NCBI GenBank assembly: GCA_007134695.1
Contig: SLKI01000048.1
Coordinates: 26,878 to 58,877 of the forward strand
Reading direction: 5' to 3'
From: Balneolaceae bacterium
Lineage (GTDB): Bacteria; Bacteroidota; Rhodothermia; Balneolales; Balneolaceae
Length of the DNA: 32,000 nucleotides
A program made the translations under genes and the position numbers. The notes beneath the pieces are model-generated. The model saw nothing but the letters and a program-made list of their open reading frames with translations, searched no databases and was not told the DNA's origin. Below, piece after piece: positions 1 through 7,881 of this stretch; the first letter of the stretch is position 1, and the number at the start of each line of letters is the position of its first letter.

Positions 1-353
1 ATACGGTCCAAATGGGTTTCTAGCTGTTCCAGATGGCTTTCACGCTGTAATTCGATGCTGATTTCCACAACCAGAAAGCGCTGACCCTGAGTCCCGGCCG
101 GGTTAACAATCAATTCGTCCATCTGAAAGGTTACAGAGCCGTTACTCGTCAGATTACTTGCAAATTGATAGATCTGCCCATAATTCTTATCGACAATCGT
201 ATAAGCCAGTAAAGTTTGCGCGATTAATACCATCGCAATCAGGAAATATTTTCCAGATGAAAGAAAAAATGATCTGTTTTTGAAAAACCCAGCTTTTTTG
301 TCGTCTGCCGTTTTACCCTTGACATCCTTTATCTTTTTATCTGCTTTAGCCAT
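1..353 (-). CDS. fliL: Flagellar basal-body-associated protein FliL (N-terminal part; gene runs off the window start)
   Basis: Absent from the ORF track because it is open-ended. My translation from the ATG at 353..351 gives MAKADKKIKDVKGKTADDKKAGFFKNRSFFLSSGKYFLIAMVLIAQTLLAYTIV...FQMDELIVNPAGTQGQRFLVVEISIELQRESHLEQLETHLDR. It has a basic N-terminus, a single TM helix and the VNP..G..RFL.V.ISIEL pattern typical of FliL. It lies directly after motB. Confidence 0.75.
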   Translation of the reverse strand, partial: MAKADKKIKDVKGKTADDKKAGFFKNRSFFLSSGKYFLIAMVLIAQTLLAYTIVDKNYGQIYQFASNLTSNGSVTFQMDELIVNPAGTQGQRFLVVEISIELQRESHLEQLETHLDR

Positions 354-393
354 CGTATTTACTCATTTTTCATTAGACAGTGTCAATACTATT

Positions 394-1146
394 TCATACA
401 TCCTCTTCCAATTCCGAATTCCGTTCATCATCATATTCCCCCGAAAGTTCGTCAAGAACTTCTCCGGGTAATGGCAACTGGTGATACCTTACATAGATCT
501 CAACCCTCCGGTTCTGCCTGCGACCCTCCGGTGTATCATTGTCGGCAACCGGTCGATATTCACCGTGACTGACCGCTCTGAATCGATCTTCATCCATCTG
601 AGACTCATCCTGCAGAAATTGAATCACAGATATGGCACGTGCTGAACCCAGGTGCCAGTTCGATCGAAAGAAAGTATCCTGCGCAATGGGCACGTTATCC
701 GTATGGCCCTGGGCTTCCACTTCCCGAACGTTTTCATCAAATAATGTAGCCACTTCCCGCAGGACCGTCCGTGCCCCTGGCAACAGATCGTCCGACCCAC
801 TCTCAAACGTGAGTGAATCACTCAATGTGATCTTTATACCGTCGTCTGTTGCTTCAATATCCACCTGATGCAACAGTCCGAGCTGCTCAAGAAAATCTTC
901 TACCATTTCCCACTGTTCGACAATCTGTATCCGAAAATCGGAATAGTTCGAATCCTGCTGGCCGACAACCGCCGATTGATTCACTACGCCAACAGAACTC
1001 TGGAAATAGGAGATAAAATTGTCAAAGACCGAATCATCCACACCCGGTGTCAGGATGTATAGTAACACAAAGAAGACCAGCAGCAGCGTCACAAGGTCGC
1101 TGTAGGTCATCAGCCAGTTTCCAGTATTTCTCTTAGATTTTCCCAT
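394..1146 (-). CDS. motB: Flagellar stator protein MotB (OmpA-like peptidoglycan-binding)
   Basis: 250 aa. The N-terminal TM helix GNWLMTYSDLVTLLLVFFVLLY contains the conserved Asp. The C-terminal OmpA-like motifs are GHTDNVPI, SNWHLGSARAISVIQFL and RRVEIYV. The start overlaps the motA 3' end by 37 nt. Confidence 0.93.
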   Translation of the reverse strand: MGKSKRNTGNWLMTYSDLVTLLLVFFVLLYILTPGVDDSVFDNFISYFQSSVGVVNQSAVVGQQDSNYSDFRIQIVEQWEMVEDFLEQLGLLHQVDIEATDDGIKITLSDSLTFESGSDDLLPGARTVLREVATLFDENVREVEAQGHTDNVPIAQDTFFRSNWHLGSARAISVIQFLQDESQMDEDRFRAVSHGEYRPVADNDTPEGRRQNRRVEIYVRYHQLPLPGEVLDELSGEYDDERNSELEEDV

Positions 1147-1988
1147 TCCTTGTTCTGCTGTTCAACCCAGAGCTTGTAAAACTTCTCATCCCGCGCTTTA
1201 CTGATCCGGATATTTTCGTGGTACCTCATATATTCAGCTCTGCTTTGCGGATCCACATAGATCAGCATTTTCTTCTCCATGATCCGCGGGTTTTCACCCT
1301 CCACGATCGAAAGTACCCCGGTACGGAACATCTCCTTTCGATTAAGATCCAGTTCGCTCAGGTACTCCAGCTTTCCGGCCAGCGGCCCCAGCAGCATATT
1401 GGCCATGATGGTACCGTATAAAGTTGTCAGCAGAGCAACAGCCAATCCGGCGCCGAGAGACTGGGGGTCCGAAATGTTCTGAAGCATCAGTACCATCCCG
1501 ATCACAGTACCGATCATGCCGAATGCCGGCGCATACATCGACATGGAGTGCATCACATTGATCGAAGTCTCTACCTGTCGTTCCCGGCTGCGAATTTCAT
1601 CACGGAGAATACTGTCAAGACTCTCCTTTTTGAATCCGTCGACCGCCAGCTGCAGGGCGCCTTGCAGGAACGTATCCTCGATATGCGGAATGTCGTCATC
1701 CAGTACCAGGATTCCCTCCTTGCGGACTCTTCTTGCAAACATACTCAACAGTTCCATATCGGTCCTCAAATCAACCTGTTTTGCTTTTACCATACTGGTA
1801 ATCGCAGAAAAACTGTCCCGAATATTTTCAAAACTGTAGTTGACCATGGTTGCCGCCACAACTCCGCCGGCCACAATCAATAACGCCGTCACGCTTATAA
1901 ATATACCCAGCTCACCCTGCAATACGATTGCAGCTACAATCAGGGAAAACCCGAGTGTAAGCCCGAAAATGGACGACTGATCTAACAT
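1110..1988 (-). CDS. motA: Flagellar stator protein MotA/PomA
   Basis: 292 aa with MotA/TolQ/ExbB-type TM segments (IFGLTLGFSLIVAAIVLQG; AFGMIGTVIGMVLML; GLAVALLTTLYGTIMANML). It is paired with motB. Confidence 0.93.
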   Translation of the reverse strand: MLDQSSIFGLTLGFSLIVAAIVLQGELGIFISVTALLIVAGGVVAATMVNYSFENIRDSFSAITSMVKAKQVDLRTDMELLSMFARRVRKEGILVLDDDIPHIEDTFLQGALQLAVDGFKKESLDSILRDEIRSRERQVETSINVMHSMSMYAPAFGMIGTVIGMVLMLQNISDPQSLGAGLAVALLTTLYGTIMANMLLGPLAGKLEYLSELDLNRKEMFRTGVLSIVEGENPRIMEKKMLIYVDPQSRAEYMRYHENIRISKARDEKFYKLWVEQQNKEWENLREILETG

Positions 1989-1995
1989 ATCTCAG

Positions 1996-2022
1996 TTATC
2001 GGTCGTCAAATATCGATCTTAA
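1996..2022 (-). promoter_or_regulatory. Sigma-28 (FliA)-type promoter P-motA: TTAA-N15-ACCGATAA
   Basis: The minus strand reads TTAA(2022..2019)-gatcgatatttgacg-ACCGATAA(2003..1996). The -10 matches the GCCGATAA consensus in 7/8 positions and the spacing is the canonical 15 nt. The -10 ends only 7 nt before the motA ATG (1988). Confidence 0.7.
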
Positions 2023-2062
2023 CCCTCCTCATCTGTATCGATCCCAATCCTCCCCGATATGG

Positions 2063-2124
2063 AAAACGCTTCGCCCCGACTGCCTGGAAATTGTGATTTC
2101 CGGGCGCCGGCTACGAAGCGTTTT
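2063..2124 (-). other. Nested 62-nt stem-loop in the flgE-motA intergenic region
   Basis: The outer stem has 11 perfect bp (2063-2073 aaaacgcttcg with 2114-2124 cgaagcgtttt). The inner stem is 2082-2091 with 2096-2105, 10 bp with one non-Watson-Crick pair (A.C in the sense RNA, G.U in the antisense). The tetraloop is 2092-2095. Confidence 0.6.
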
Positions 2125-2147
2125 ACGGGTCAGAGTTACTCTTCTTT

Positions 2148-2169
2148 TACCGGCCCTGTGAGGCCGGTA
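2148..2169 (-). other. GC-rich hairpin immediately after the flgE stop (attenuator or RNA-stability element rather than a canonical terminator)
   Basis: TACCGGCC-ctgtga-GGCCGGTA forms an 8-bp stem starting 11 nt after the flgE stop. On the sense (minus) RNA it is followed by AAAAGAAGAG, not a U-tract, so it is not a classical intrinsic terminator. Confidence 0.45.
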
Positions 2170-2179
2170 CCAATTTGTA

Positions 2180-3808
2180 TTATCGTTTCAGGTTGACCGC
2201 CTCGGTCAGCATCTCGTCAGAAGTACTGATTACACGCGCACTTGACTGATATGCTCGCTGGGAAGTGATCATCTCGGTGAACTCTTTGGCAAGATCCACA
2301 TTGGACCCCTCAAGTGTACCGGAACTGATACTGGTCCCTGCAATCGCTTCCGCTGTATCCATAAAGACTTCTCCTGCGGCTGATGTGGCCCGGAACAGGC
2401 CACCACCCATCGTCTCCAGTCCGTTCTGGTTTTGAACCTGTGCAAGGGATAATTGTGCAAGGATCAGGCTTTCACCGTTGTCATAGATCCCCTCAACATT
2501 CCCGTCACCATCGATGCTAACATCCACAAGCTGGCCCTGGGAATGGCCGTCCTGCCCGGTGATCTTGGCAGTATTTGATCCTGCAAACTGAGTGAAACCA
2601 CTGCCGTCGGCACGATCACCCATAACAACATCGAAAGTCATCGGGTTGGCACCTCCTCCAGGATCAAAAACCACTTCAAAGAGATTGTCCGCATCCAGCC
2701 GGCCGGATTCGTCAAACTGGATCACCCCTTCTTCGCCATCAGTGATCTCCCCGCCATTGGGAAAACTGACGGAATATTCCCATTCATTATCGCCAATGTG
2801 GGTGTATTCGATTACCATTGTGTGGGCGCGGCCCAGATCGTCATAGATCGTTGTACTCATCGTACGGACACCTGTACGTCCAGTCTGAACGATTTGCATA
2901 TCCGGGAAATTGATCTCGCCGGTACCGTTCACATCGATCTCATCGATCTGAAGCTGGCTGTCTCCCAATTGTGATGATCGCAAAACAAGCAGTCCGTCGA
3001 CCAGTGCCAGTTCACCCTCATCGTCCACGTCATTTAACTGTGCGTTAAAGGCGTCGATAAGATCTTCAAGGGTATCATCGGCAGCGTAGACATAATTCAA
3101 CGTCTCCTGGGTACCGTCATTGAGCGTTACTTCAAAGTCGATGGTATCGCCAGCGACGAAATTCTCGGTAGTTTGAGCCAGGTCGTTGATCTCTGTGTTG
3201 AGAGCTGCAACATCCCCGTTAATATCGGTAAATCCGTTTTGAGCCTGGATCATCTGCACTGAGCTGGTCGTTGCATCCAGATTACCTGCAAGACTCACTT
3301 CATCGGTTTGCCGCGGCGGCAGAGCGTTTTCAAAGTCGATTTGAATATTATTGGTCGTCCCGCCGGCAAGAATATTTCCTTGCGCATCGGCGTTATACCC
3401 CTGCACAAAACGACCTCCCTGATCGACCAGAAACCCATCTTTGTTAAAGACAAAGTTACCGGCCCTGGTCAACAGATTCTGGCCTCCTTCACTGACGACA
3501 AAATAACCGTCACCCTCTATAGCCAGGTCCGTTGCTCTTCCCGTGCTCTGCAAGGCTCCCTGGGTAAAATCGCGGTCGATTGAGGCTACACGGACTCCCA
3601 AGCCAACCTGATTGTTCAGCTGCGGGACCGAATCCCCCTGAACATCAGTTCTGCCCAGCCTCTGATTGACCATTTCGGCAAATGAGACCCGTGAAGACTT
3701 GAAGCCTGTGGTCTCAACGTTTGCGATGTTATTGCCAATAACATCCATCTTGGTTTGAAACGATCTCAAACCGCTCACGCCTGAATTTAAGGATCTGATA
3801 AATGACAT
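2180..3808 (-). CDS. flgE: Flagellar hook protein FlgE
   Basis: 542 aa. The N-terminal rod/hook motif is SGVSGLRSFQTKMDVIGNNIANVETTGFK. The C-terminal motif is SNVDLAKEFTEMITSQRAYQSSARVISTSDEMLTEAVNL. An AAGGAG Shine-Dalgarno lies 6 nt upstream of the ATG. Confidence 0.95.
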   Translation of the reverse strand: MSFIRSLNSGVSGLRSFQTKMDVIGNNIANVETTGFKSSRVSFAEMVNQRLGRTDVQGDSVPQLNNQVGLGVRVASIDRDFTQGALQSTGRATDLAIEGDGYFVVSEGGQNLLTRAGNFVFNKDGFLVDQGGRFVQGYNADAQGNILAGGTTNNIQIDFENALPPRQTDEVSLAGNLDATTSSVQMIQAQNGFTDINGDVAALNTEINDLAQTTENFVAGDTIDFEVTLNDGTQETLNYVYAADDTLEDLIDAFNAQLNDVDDEGELALVDGLLVLRSSQLGDSQLQIDEIDVNGTGEINFPDMQIVQTGRTGVRTMSTTIYDDLGRAHTMVIEYTHIGDNEWEYSVSFPNGGEITDGEEGVIQFDESGRLDADNLFEVVFDPGGGANPMTFDVVMGDRADGSGFTQFAGSNTAKITGQDGHSQGQLVDVSIDGDGNVEGIYDNGESLILAQLSLAQVQNQNGLETMGGGLFRATSAAGEVFMDTAEAIAGTSISSGTLEGSNVDLAKEFTEMITSQRAYQSSARVISTSDEMLTEAVNLKR

Positions 3809-3855
3809 ATGCTGCTCCTTGTTTTATGAACGGCAGGATACGAGCTTCTGCCGGT

Positions 3856-3874
3856 GTTTATCAATTTGATAAAC
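3856..3874. promoter_or_regulatory. Perfect 9-1-9 palindrome GTTTATCAA-T-TTGATAAAC upstream of flgE
   Basis: All nine pairs verified position by position (g3856-c3874 through a3864-t3866). It lies 48-66 nt upstream of the flgE ATG, next to a second 6-bp hairpin (3831-3836 with 3848-3853). Confidence 0.5.
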
Positions 3875-3945
3875 AAATGTTAATGTTTGGTTTAAACTTT
3901 TATTTAATTCTGTAGTACAGATTAATCGATTGCATATTTTGCGGT

Positions 3946-4614
3946 TTATCCAACTTCTTCGACATCGCTGATTGGAATTTTTAAATCGTTGACAATCAGA
4001 AAAACTCCTCCATCTTCAAATCGGACTTTCTCAACCACGCCCTCCGTATAAACCAGGGAGCCGAGGCCCGTATCCCCTTCAGGGTCTACGATTTCCACCG
4101 TGTAACCTCCTTCTCCTAACCGATTTCCGTTTTGGTCACGGCCGTCCCAGATCCAGCTGTTGTCTCCAGCCTGAAGGTTTTCCATAGATACCCGCCTCAC
4201 TTCACTTCCATCAGACGCCCGAATTATCAGATCAACATTCTCGGCAGATCTATTCAGTTTAAAATGAATCGGGATCTCTCCCTCTGCAGGGAGGAAAACC
4301 TGGTCGGATAATGCCTTGACACTCTTGCCTGCCAGGGAGGCCGCCATAGAGTGTGTAAAATTCATGCTCATCATCTCCTGACTCTCCAGTATCGATTCGA
4401 TACCCTGATTCACATTGATCAATTGTTCAACAGAGTTAAACTGAGCCAATTGTGCAGCAAAATCTGCACTGTCGAGCGGGTTGATGGGATCCTGATGCCG
4501 CATCTGGGCAATCAAGAGCTGCAGAAAATCATTCTTGCCCATCTCGCTTTTTCCCAATTCGCCCTGCTGTTGAAGCTGATGTGATGTGTTTGAGTTTACG
4601 TTTTGTATATCCAT
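3946..4614 (-). CDS. flgD: Flagellar hook-capping/assembly protein FlgD
   Basis: 222 aa with the signature FLQLLIAQMRHQDPINPLD, followed by a beta-rich C-terminal region. It sits between fliK and flgE. Confidence 0.92.
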   Translation of the reverse strand: MDIQNVNSNTSHQLQQQGELGKSEMGKNDFLQLLIAQMRHQDPINPLDSADFAAQLAQFNSVEQLINVNQGIESILESQEMMSMNFTHSMAASLAGKSVKALSDQVFLPAEGEIPIHFKLNRSAENVDLIIRASDGSEVRRVSMENLQAGDNSWIWDGRDQNGNRLGEGGYTVEIVDPEGDTGLGSLVYTEGVVEKVRFEDGGVFLIVNDLKIPISDVEEVG

Positions 4615-4651
4615 TTCATTCTCGTTTTTAAATCTTCTGAATCATTTCCGG

Positions 4652-6781
4652 TCAGGCTGTCCACTCATTTTGATGGGCACCGAATTTCCGTGAATTCCTG
4701 GGCGATCGATCTTCTCCGCCCTTCTCTTCACCATCACCAGCAGCTTCACCCAAAGATCCTTGAGACTGCTTGTTACGGCCATCGGAGTCTCCAAAAAGTT
4801 CAGGCTCACCATCCTGATCCTTGCCTTCAAATTGAAGCTCTACATCGGTCTCACACTCTTTTTGCAGATGCTCACGAATTTCATTCTGATAGGTTTGGAT
4901 CAGCTTGTTCAATTCTTGGTGAACAGAGCTTAGTCGCAGCTGAAGAACTCCATCGATTCTCCTTGCCGAAATCTGAACTTTCTTACCATCCTCCAGTACC
5001 AGCTGATGCTTTTGCCAGGTTTCACTCGACGACTGTCCCTGCGGTACAGAAGAGATCACCGTTCGGGCGATTCCATTTGCAACTTCTCGACGTAAAGAGG
5101 CATTAGACAGCGCCATCTGATTGAGTCTCATAAAGCTGTTTCGGACTTCCTCTCTTTTCAACTCATCCGATTCAATCTTTTCAAAAACAAGTTGATCTGA
5201 CTCCAATTCTTCCTCAATCTGCAGCTGACCGGCAGACCCTTCTTGTGACGATGAAGACAGGTAAAAGGGAGAGTGGTTTTCGAAGATGCCGGAGAAACGA
5301 GATGGCGAGGATTGCATCGTTGCAGTCCGACTGTTAAAGCCGGCCAGGCCATTTGAGCGAGTCGACCGATTTCTGCCCACGGCATCCCGATTACGTTCCC
5401 GTCGGGCTCGGCTCATTTTACCCTGCTCGTCAATCGGAATTTCGAATAGCTGGCCGTCAAGTTCTTGCTGGCCGCTATTGAACCTTTGTGATCCTCCTTG
5501 ATTGATTAAAGCAGGATCTGAAACGTTTCGGCCCTCAACGGTTTTGTTCTCACCGAAACCTTCTGCCACTGGGTTGAGCCGGCTCGCCAGATGACTGAGG
5601 CGGGCAGAGAGCTGCGGATACTTTTGCCCGTTACTTTCTCTTTTCCCATCGATCAGGTTACGGTTTTGATCTACGTCGATAGCAAGATCTTTCGACTCCC
5701 TGGGTATCGGATCCGTATAACCCGGAATTGCTGAACTATCGGTGTTAGCGCTATGTAGAGAACCCACAAGATCCGATTGCAGGTTTCCGGCATGTTGAAA
5801 ATTTTGCCCCACTTTTGGCTCCTGGACCCCTTTCTTTTTGACAGGATCCTTCGATTCGGCAGCAGAGATTTTGCTGCCGATGTCTAATTCCTTACTACTG
5901 TTGGAAGTATCTTTACTAACTACGGTCGGCTCTTTACTTGCGGATTGTGGTTCCTCCTCGCTGCCGAGATGCACGTTACTCTTGGTTGCAGTTTCTCCAA
6001 CACGACCTGCCGCAGACTTTAAATCAGCCCTGCCTAATAAATCTGACTCTGTATCGCTTTTGTTCACTACTTTAGATTCCCGAGGTGAACTCCCTTCCTC
6101 CTGTCGACCGATATCAGAGAGGGGCTTAGCACTCTCCCCTGAAGATTGATCGACCGGCAACGATTCACCGGACCCCTCCTCCATTTTCGGGCTACCTGAA
6201 TCCAACTTTTGAAGATCATTTTGCTCATTCGCATCCGACCCTGATTTGTCAACATTGTCGTTGAGCTCACCGTCTGTCTCGACCAGCTCACCGTCTGTCT
6301 CGACCAGCTCACCGTCTGCCTCGACCAGCTCACCGTCTGTCTCGACCAGCTCACCGTCTGCCTCGACCAGATCGGGAGCACCTGCTTTCAATTTTGAACC
6401 TGTATCCGGCTTCAAAAGATTCTCTTCTTTCAGGCTCGCTAAATCCTCTTCACTCTCCGCCTGTACTTGCGAAACCGGGATGTTAAAACGGGTCGGTCGT
6501 GTGGAGAGCAATTTCGGATTTTTTCCATTCTCGTTTTGTCCGAAATACTTCAGATGTTCTCCTGGAAATCCATTGCCAAAGCTTTTATCCAAACCAGTGT
6601 CGGTGTGTCCGGTTCCGTCTTCTACCGACCCGCCGATATTCGACTGATCTGTATTTAACTTCTCTAAAAGAGCGGCCATCCATCCCGACCTGGAGTCGCC
6701 TCCATTATTTACCCTGTCTCTCAGGCCGGAAATTTCGCCCGAATCTCTGTCACCGCCGGTTGTAAATAGTTGATGAATCAT
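4652..6781 (-). CDS. fliK: Flagellar hook-length control protein FliK (long, acidic, repeat-containing)
   Basis: 709 aa. The N-terminal two thirds are low-complexity and acidic. The C-terminal region (WQKHQLVLEDGKKVQISARRIDGVLQLRLSSVHQELNKLIQTYQNEIREHL) resembles the FliK/Flg_hook domain. The gene order is conserved (fliJ, ylxF-like, fliK, flgD, flgE), and a 4-nt ATGA overlap joins it to the upstream gene. Confidence 0.8.
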   Translation of the reverse strand: MIHQLFTTGGDRDSGEISGLRDRVNNGGDSRSGWMAALLEKLNTDQSNIGGSVEDGTGHTDTGLDKSFGNGFPGEHLKYFGQNENGKNPKLLSTRPTRFNIPVSQVQAESEEDLASLKEENLLKPDTGSKLKAGAPDLVEADGELVETDGELVEADGELVETDGELVETDGELNDNVDKSGSDANEQNDLQKLDSGSPKMEEGSGESLPVDQSSGESAKPLSDIGRQEEGSSPRESKVVNKSDTESDLLGRADLKSAAGRVGETATKSNVHLGSEEEPQSASKEPTVVSKDTSNSSKELDIGSKISAAESKDPVKKKGVQEPKVGQNFQHAGNLQSDLVGSLHSANTDSSAIPGYTDPIPRESKDLAIDVDQNRNLIDGKRESNGQKYPQLSARLSHLASRLNPVAEGFGENKTVEGRNVSDPALINQGGSQRFNSGQQELDGQLFEIPIDEQGKMSRARRERNRDAVGRNRSTRSNGLAGFNSRTATMQSSPSRFSGIFENHSPFYLSSSSQEGSAGQLQIEEELESDQLVFEKIESDELKREEVRNSFMRLNQMALSNASLRREVANGIARTVISSVPQGQSSSETWQKHQLVLEDGKKVQISARRIDGVLQLRLSSVHQELNKLIQTYQNEIREHLQKECETDVELQFEGKDQDGEPELFGDSDGRNKQSQGSLGEAAGDGEEKGGEDRSPRNSRKFGAHQNEWTA
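6263..6367 (-). repeat. Five tandem in-frame 21-bp repeats inside fliK (heptapeptide DGELVE[TA])
   Basis: The unit cagctcaccgtctg[tc]ctcgac occurs at 6263, 6284, 6305, 6326 and 6347. The first copy starts gag, and copies differ only at one t/c position. The repeats encode LVEADGELVETDGELVEADGELVETDGELVETDGEL. Confidence 0.95.
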
Positions 6782-7446
6782 AACATGATCTCCTGCATTA
6801 ATCTTGCCGCCCGCTCAGGTTCAAGAACTCTGAGCAGTTTTTCTCGCTGAATCGTACCACCGCCCATATAGAGTAATTTTAACTGATCGTCATTCATATT
6901 CGACACGATGGGTGCCAACTCCTCTTCTTCCAGATTCAACAGGCTCTTAACTCTGTCGATAAACTCTTCTTCCGCAAATTGGGCAAACTCCTGCTGAACA
7001 CCATCCGCTTGAAACACTTCTGCTGCGTCTTCAGCTTCGACCAACTGTTCTGATCCAGCCACATGTTCAGATCCAGCCACCTGAAGCTGAGTCCCTCCTG
7101 CCTCGTCCGAAGCAATTTGTGCTGCATTTTCAAGCTGATCACGAAGTTCATCGTTTTGGAGGGTGAGAGAATCGTTCTGTAACATCAATGAGTCGATCTG
7201 TTCCAGCAGCCGCTTTTCAGTAGCTTTCAAAGATTCGATTTCGTGGCTCAGCTGGCTGAACTCCTGTCGTATGATATCCCTTTCATTTTCATCAATCGCT
7301 TCAAAGAGGCTCTCTTCATAATCTGAAATCGCCTCTTCATACCCCTCCTTATTCAGATAGGGATATGCAAAATAAACAGTAACGAGCATGGCAATGAACG
7401 CACCGACAAAAATTCCTGCATATTTTAGAATCTCAAACCAATTCAT
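6778..7446 (-). CDS. YlxF/MotE/FlbB-like flagellar protein (N-terminal TM, coiled coil, MgtE-N-like C-terminus)
   Basis: 222 aa with an N-terminal TM helix (GIFVGAFIAMLVTVYFAY) and a coiled-coil middle. The C-terminus is LAPIVSNMNDDQLKLLY...LEPERAARLMQEIM. It occupies the ylxF/flbB slot between fliJ and fliK and has ATGA overlaps on both sides. Confidence 0.65.
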   Translation of the reverse strand: MNWFEILKYAGIFVGAFIAMLVTVYFAYPYLNKEGYEEAISDYEESLFEAIDENERDIIRQEFSQLSHEIESLKATEKRLLEQIDSLMLQNDSLTLQNDELRDQLENAAQIASDEAGGTQLQVAGSEHVAGSEQLVEAEDAAEVFQADGVQQEFAQFAEEEFIDRVKSLLNLEEEELAPIVSNMNDDQLKLLYMGGGTIQREKLLRVLEPERAARLMQEIML

Positions 7447-7877
7447 GATGTTCGGCCGAAGTTTTGTGCAGCAATTTCATCCAGTTTCTTCTGCTCCGAC
7501 CGTTCTCTCTTCTGAGTGAAGAGGTTTTTTTCGATCTCTTTCAGTTTCTCCAATATATGTTTGTGTTTGTGCACTGTTGCCAGTTTTTGCCTCTCCATGT
7601 CGACCTGGTCGCCGGCTTTGCTGGATTTTTTTTCCAGCCTCGCCACCAGTTCCTGAGCCTGCTCCAGGTGACGACTTTTAATTTTAAAATCATGCAGCTT
7701 CTCCATCCCGTTCTCTTCGCTCAATTTGATAAAGTTTTCAAGTTTGCCCCGTATTTCGTTTTTCAGCCGGTCGATCTCTTTCTTCCTCATCTGTTCCTCG
7801 GCAAGCTTCTGCTGCTGCAGCTTTTCCTGATGCTTTCTAACTTTCAGTACCGGTTCGAGCGAAAACTTGAATTTCAT
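7443..7877 (-). CDS. fliJ: Flagellar export chaperone/stalk protein FliJ
   Basis: The ORF-track start at 7907 would overlap fliI by 26 nt. The ATG at 7877 gives MKFKFSLEPVLKVRKHQEKLQQQKLAEE..., a highly charged coiled coil typical of FliJ, and lies 4 nt after the fliI stop. Confidence 0.85.
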   Translation of the reverse strand: MKFKFSLEPVLKVRKHQEKLQQQKLAEEQMRKKEIDRLKNEIRGKLENFIKLSEENGMEKLHDFKIKSRHLEQAQELVARLEKKSSKAGDQVDMERQKLATVHKHKHILEKLKEIEKNLFTQKRERSEQKKLDEIAAQNFGRTS

Positions 7878-7881
7878 CTTC

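Noticed and set aside
280-471. Plus-strand 63-aa ORF spanning the fliL-motB junction.
   Set aside because: It overlaps the fliL start and the motB 3' end on the opposite strand. The hydrophobic translation is what is expected from reading a lysine- and glutamate-rich gene in antisense.
4603-5106. Long plus-strand ORFs opposite the real genes. Examples are 4603..5106 (167 aa), 7464..8048 (194 aa), 9880..10410 (176 aa), 24822..25364 (180 aa) and 6246..6647 (133 aa), among many shorter ones.
   Set aside because: They are antisense shadow ORFs of genes with unmistakable flagellar or chemotaxis motifs (fliK, fliJ/fliI, fliG/fliH, cheX). Their translations are low-complexity (Ser/Pro/Leu/Phe-rich) and show no recognisable motifs or start-site signals.
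6263-6367. Whether the regular 21-bp repeats are a small CRISPR array or a minisatellite outside genes.
   Set aside because: The repeats abut one another with no spacers. They are in frame within the 709-aa fliK ORF, they encode a sensible heptapeptide repeat, and no cas genes are present.
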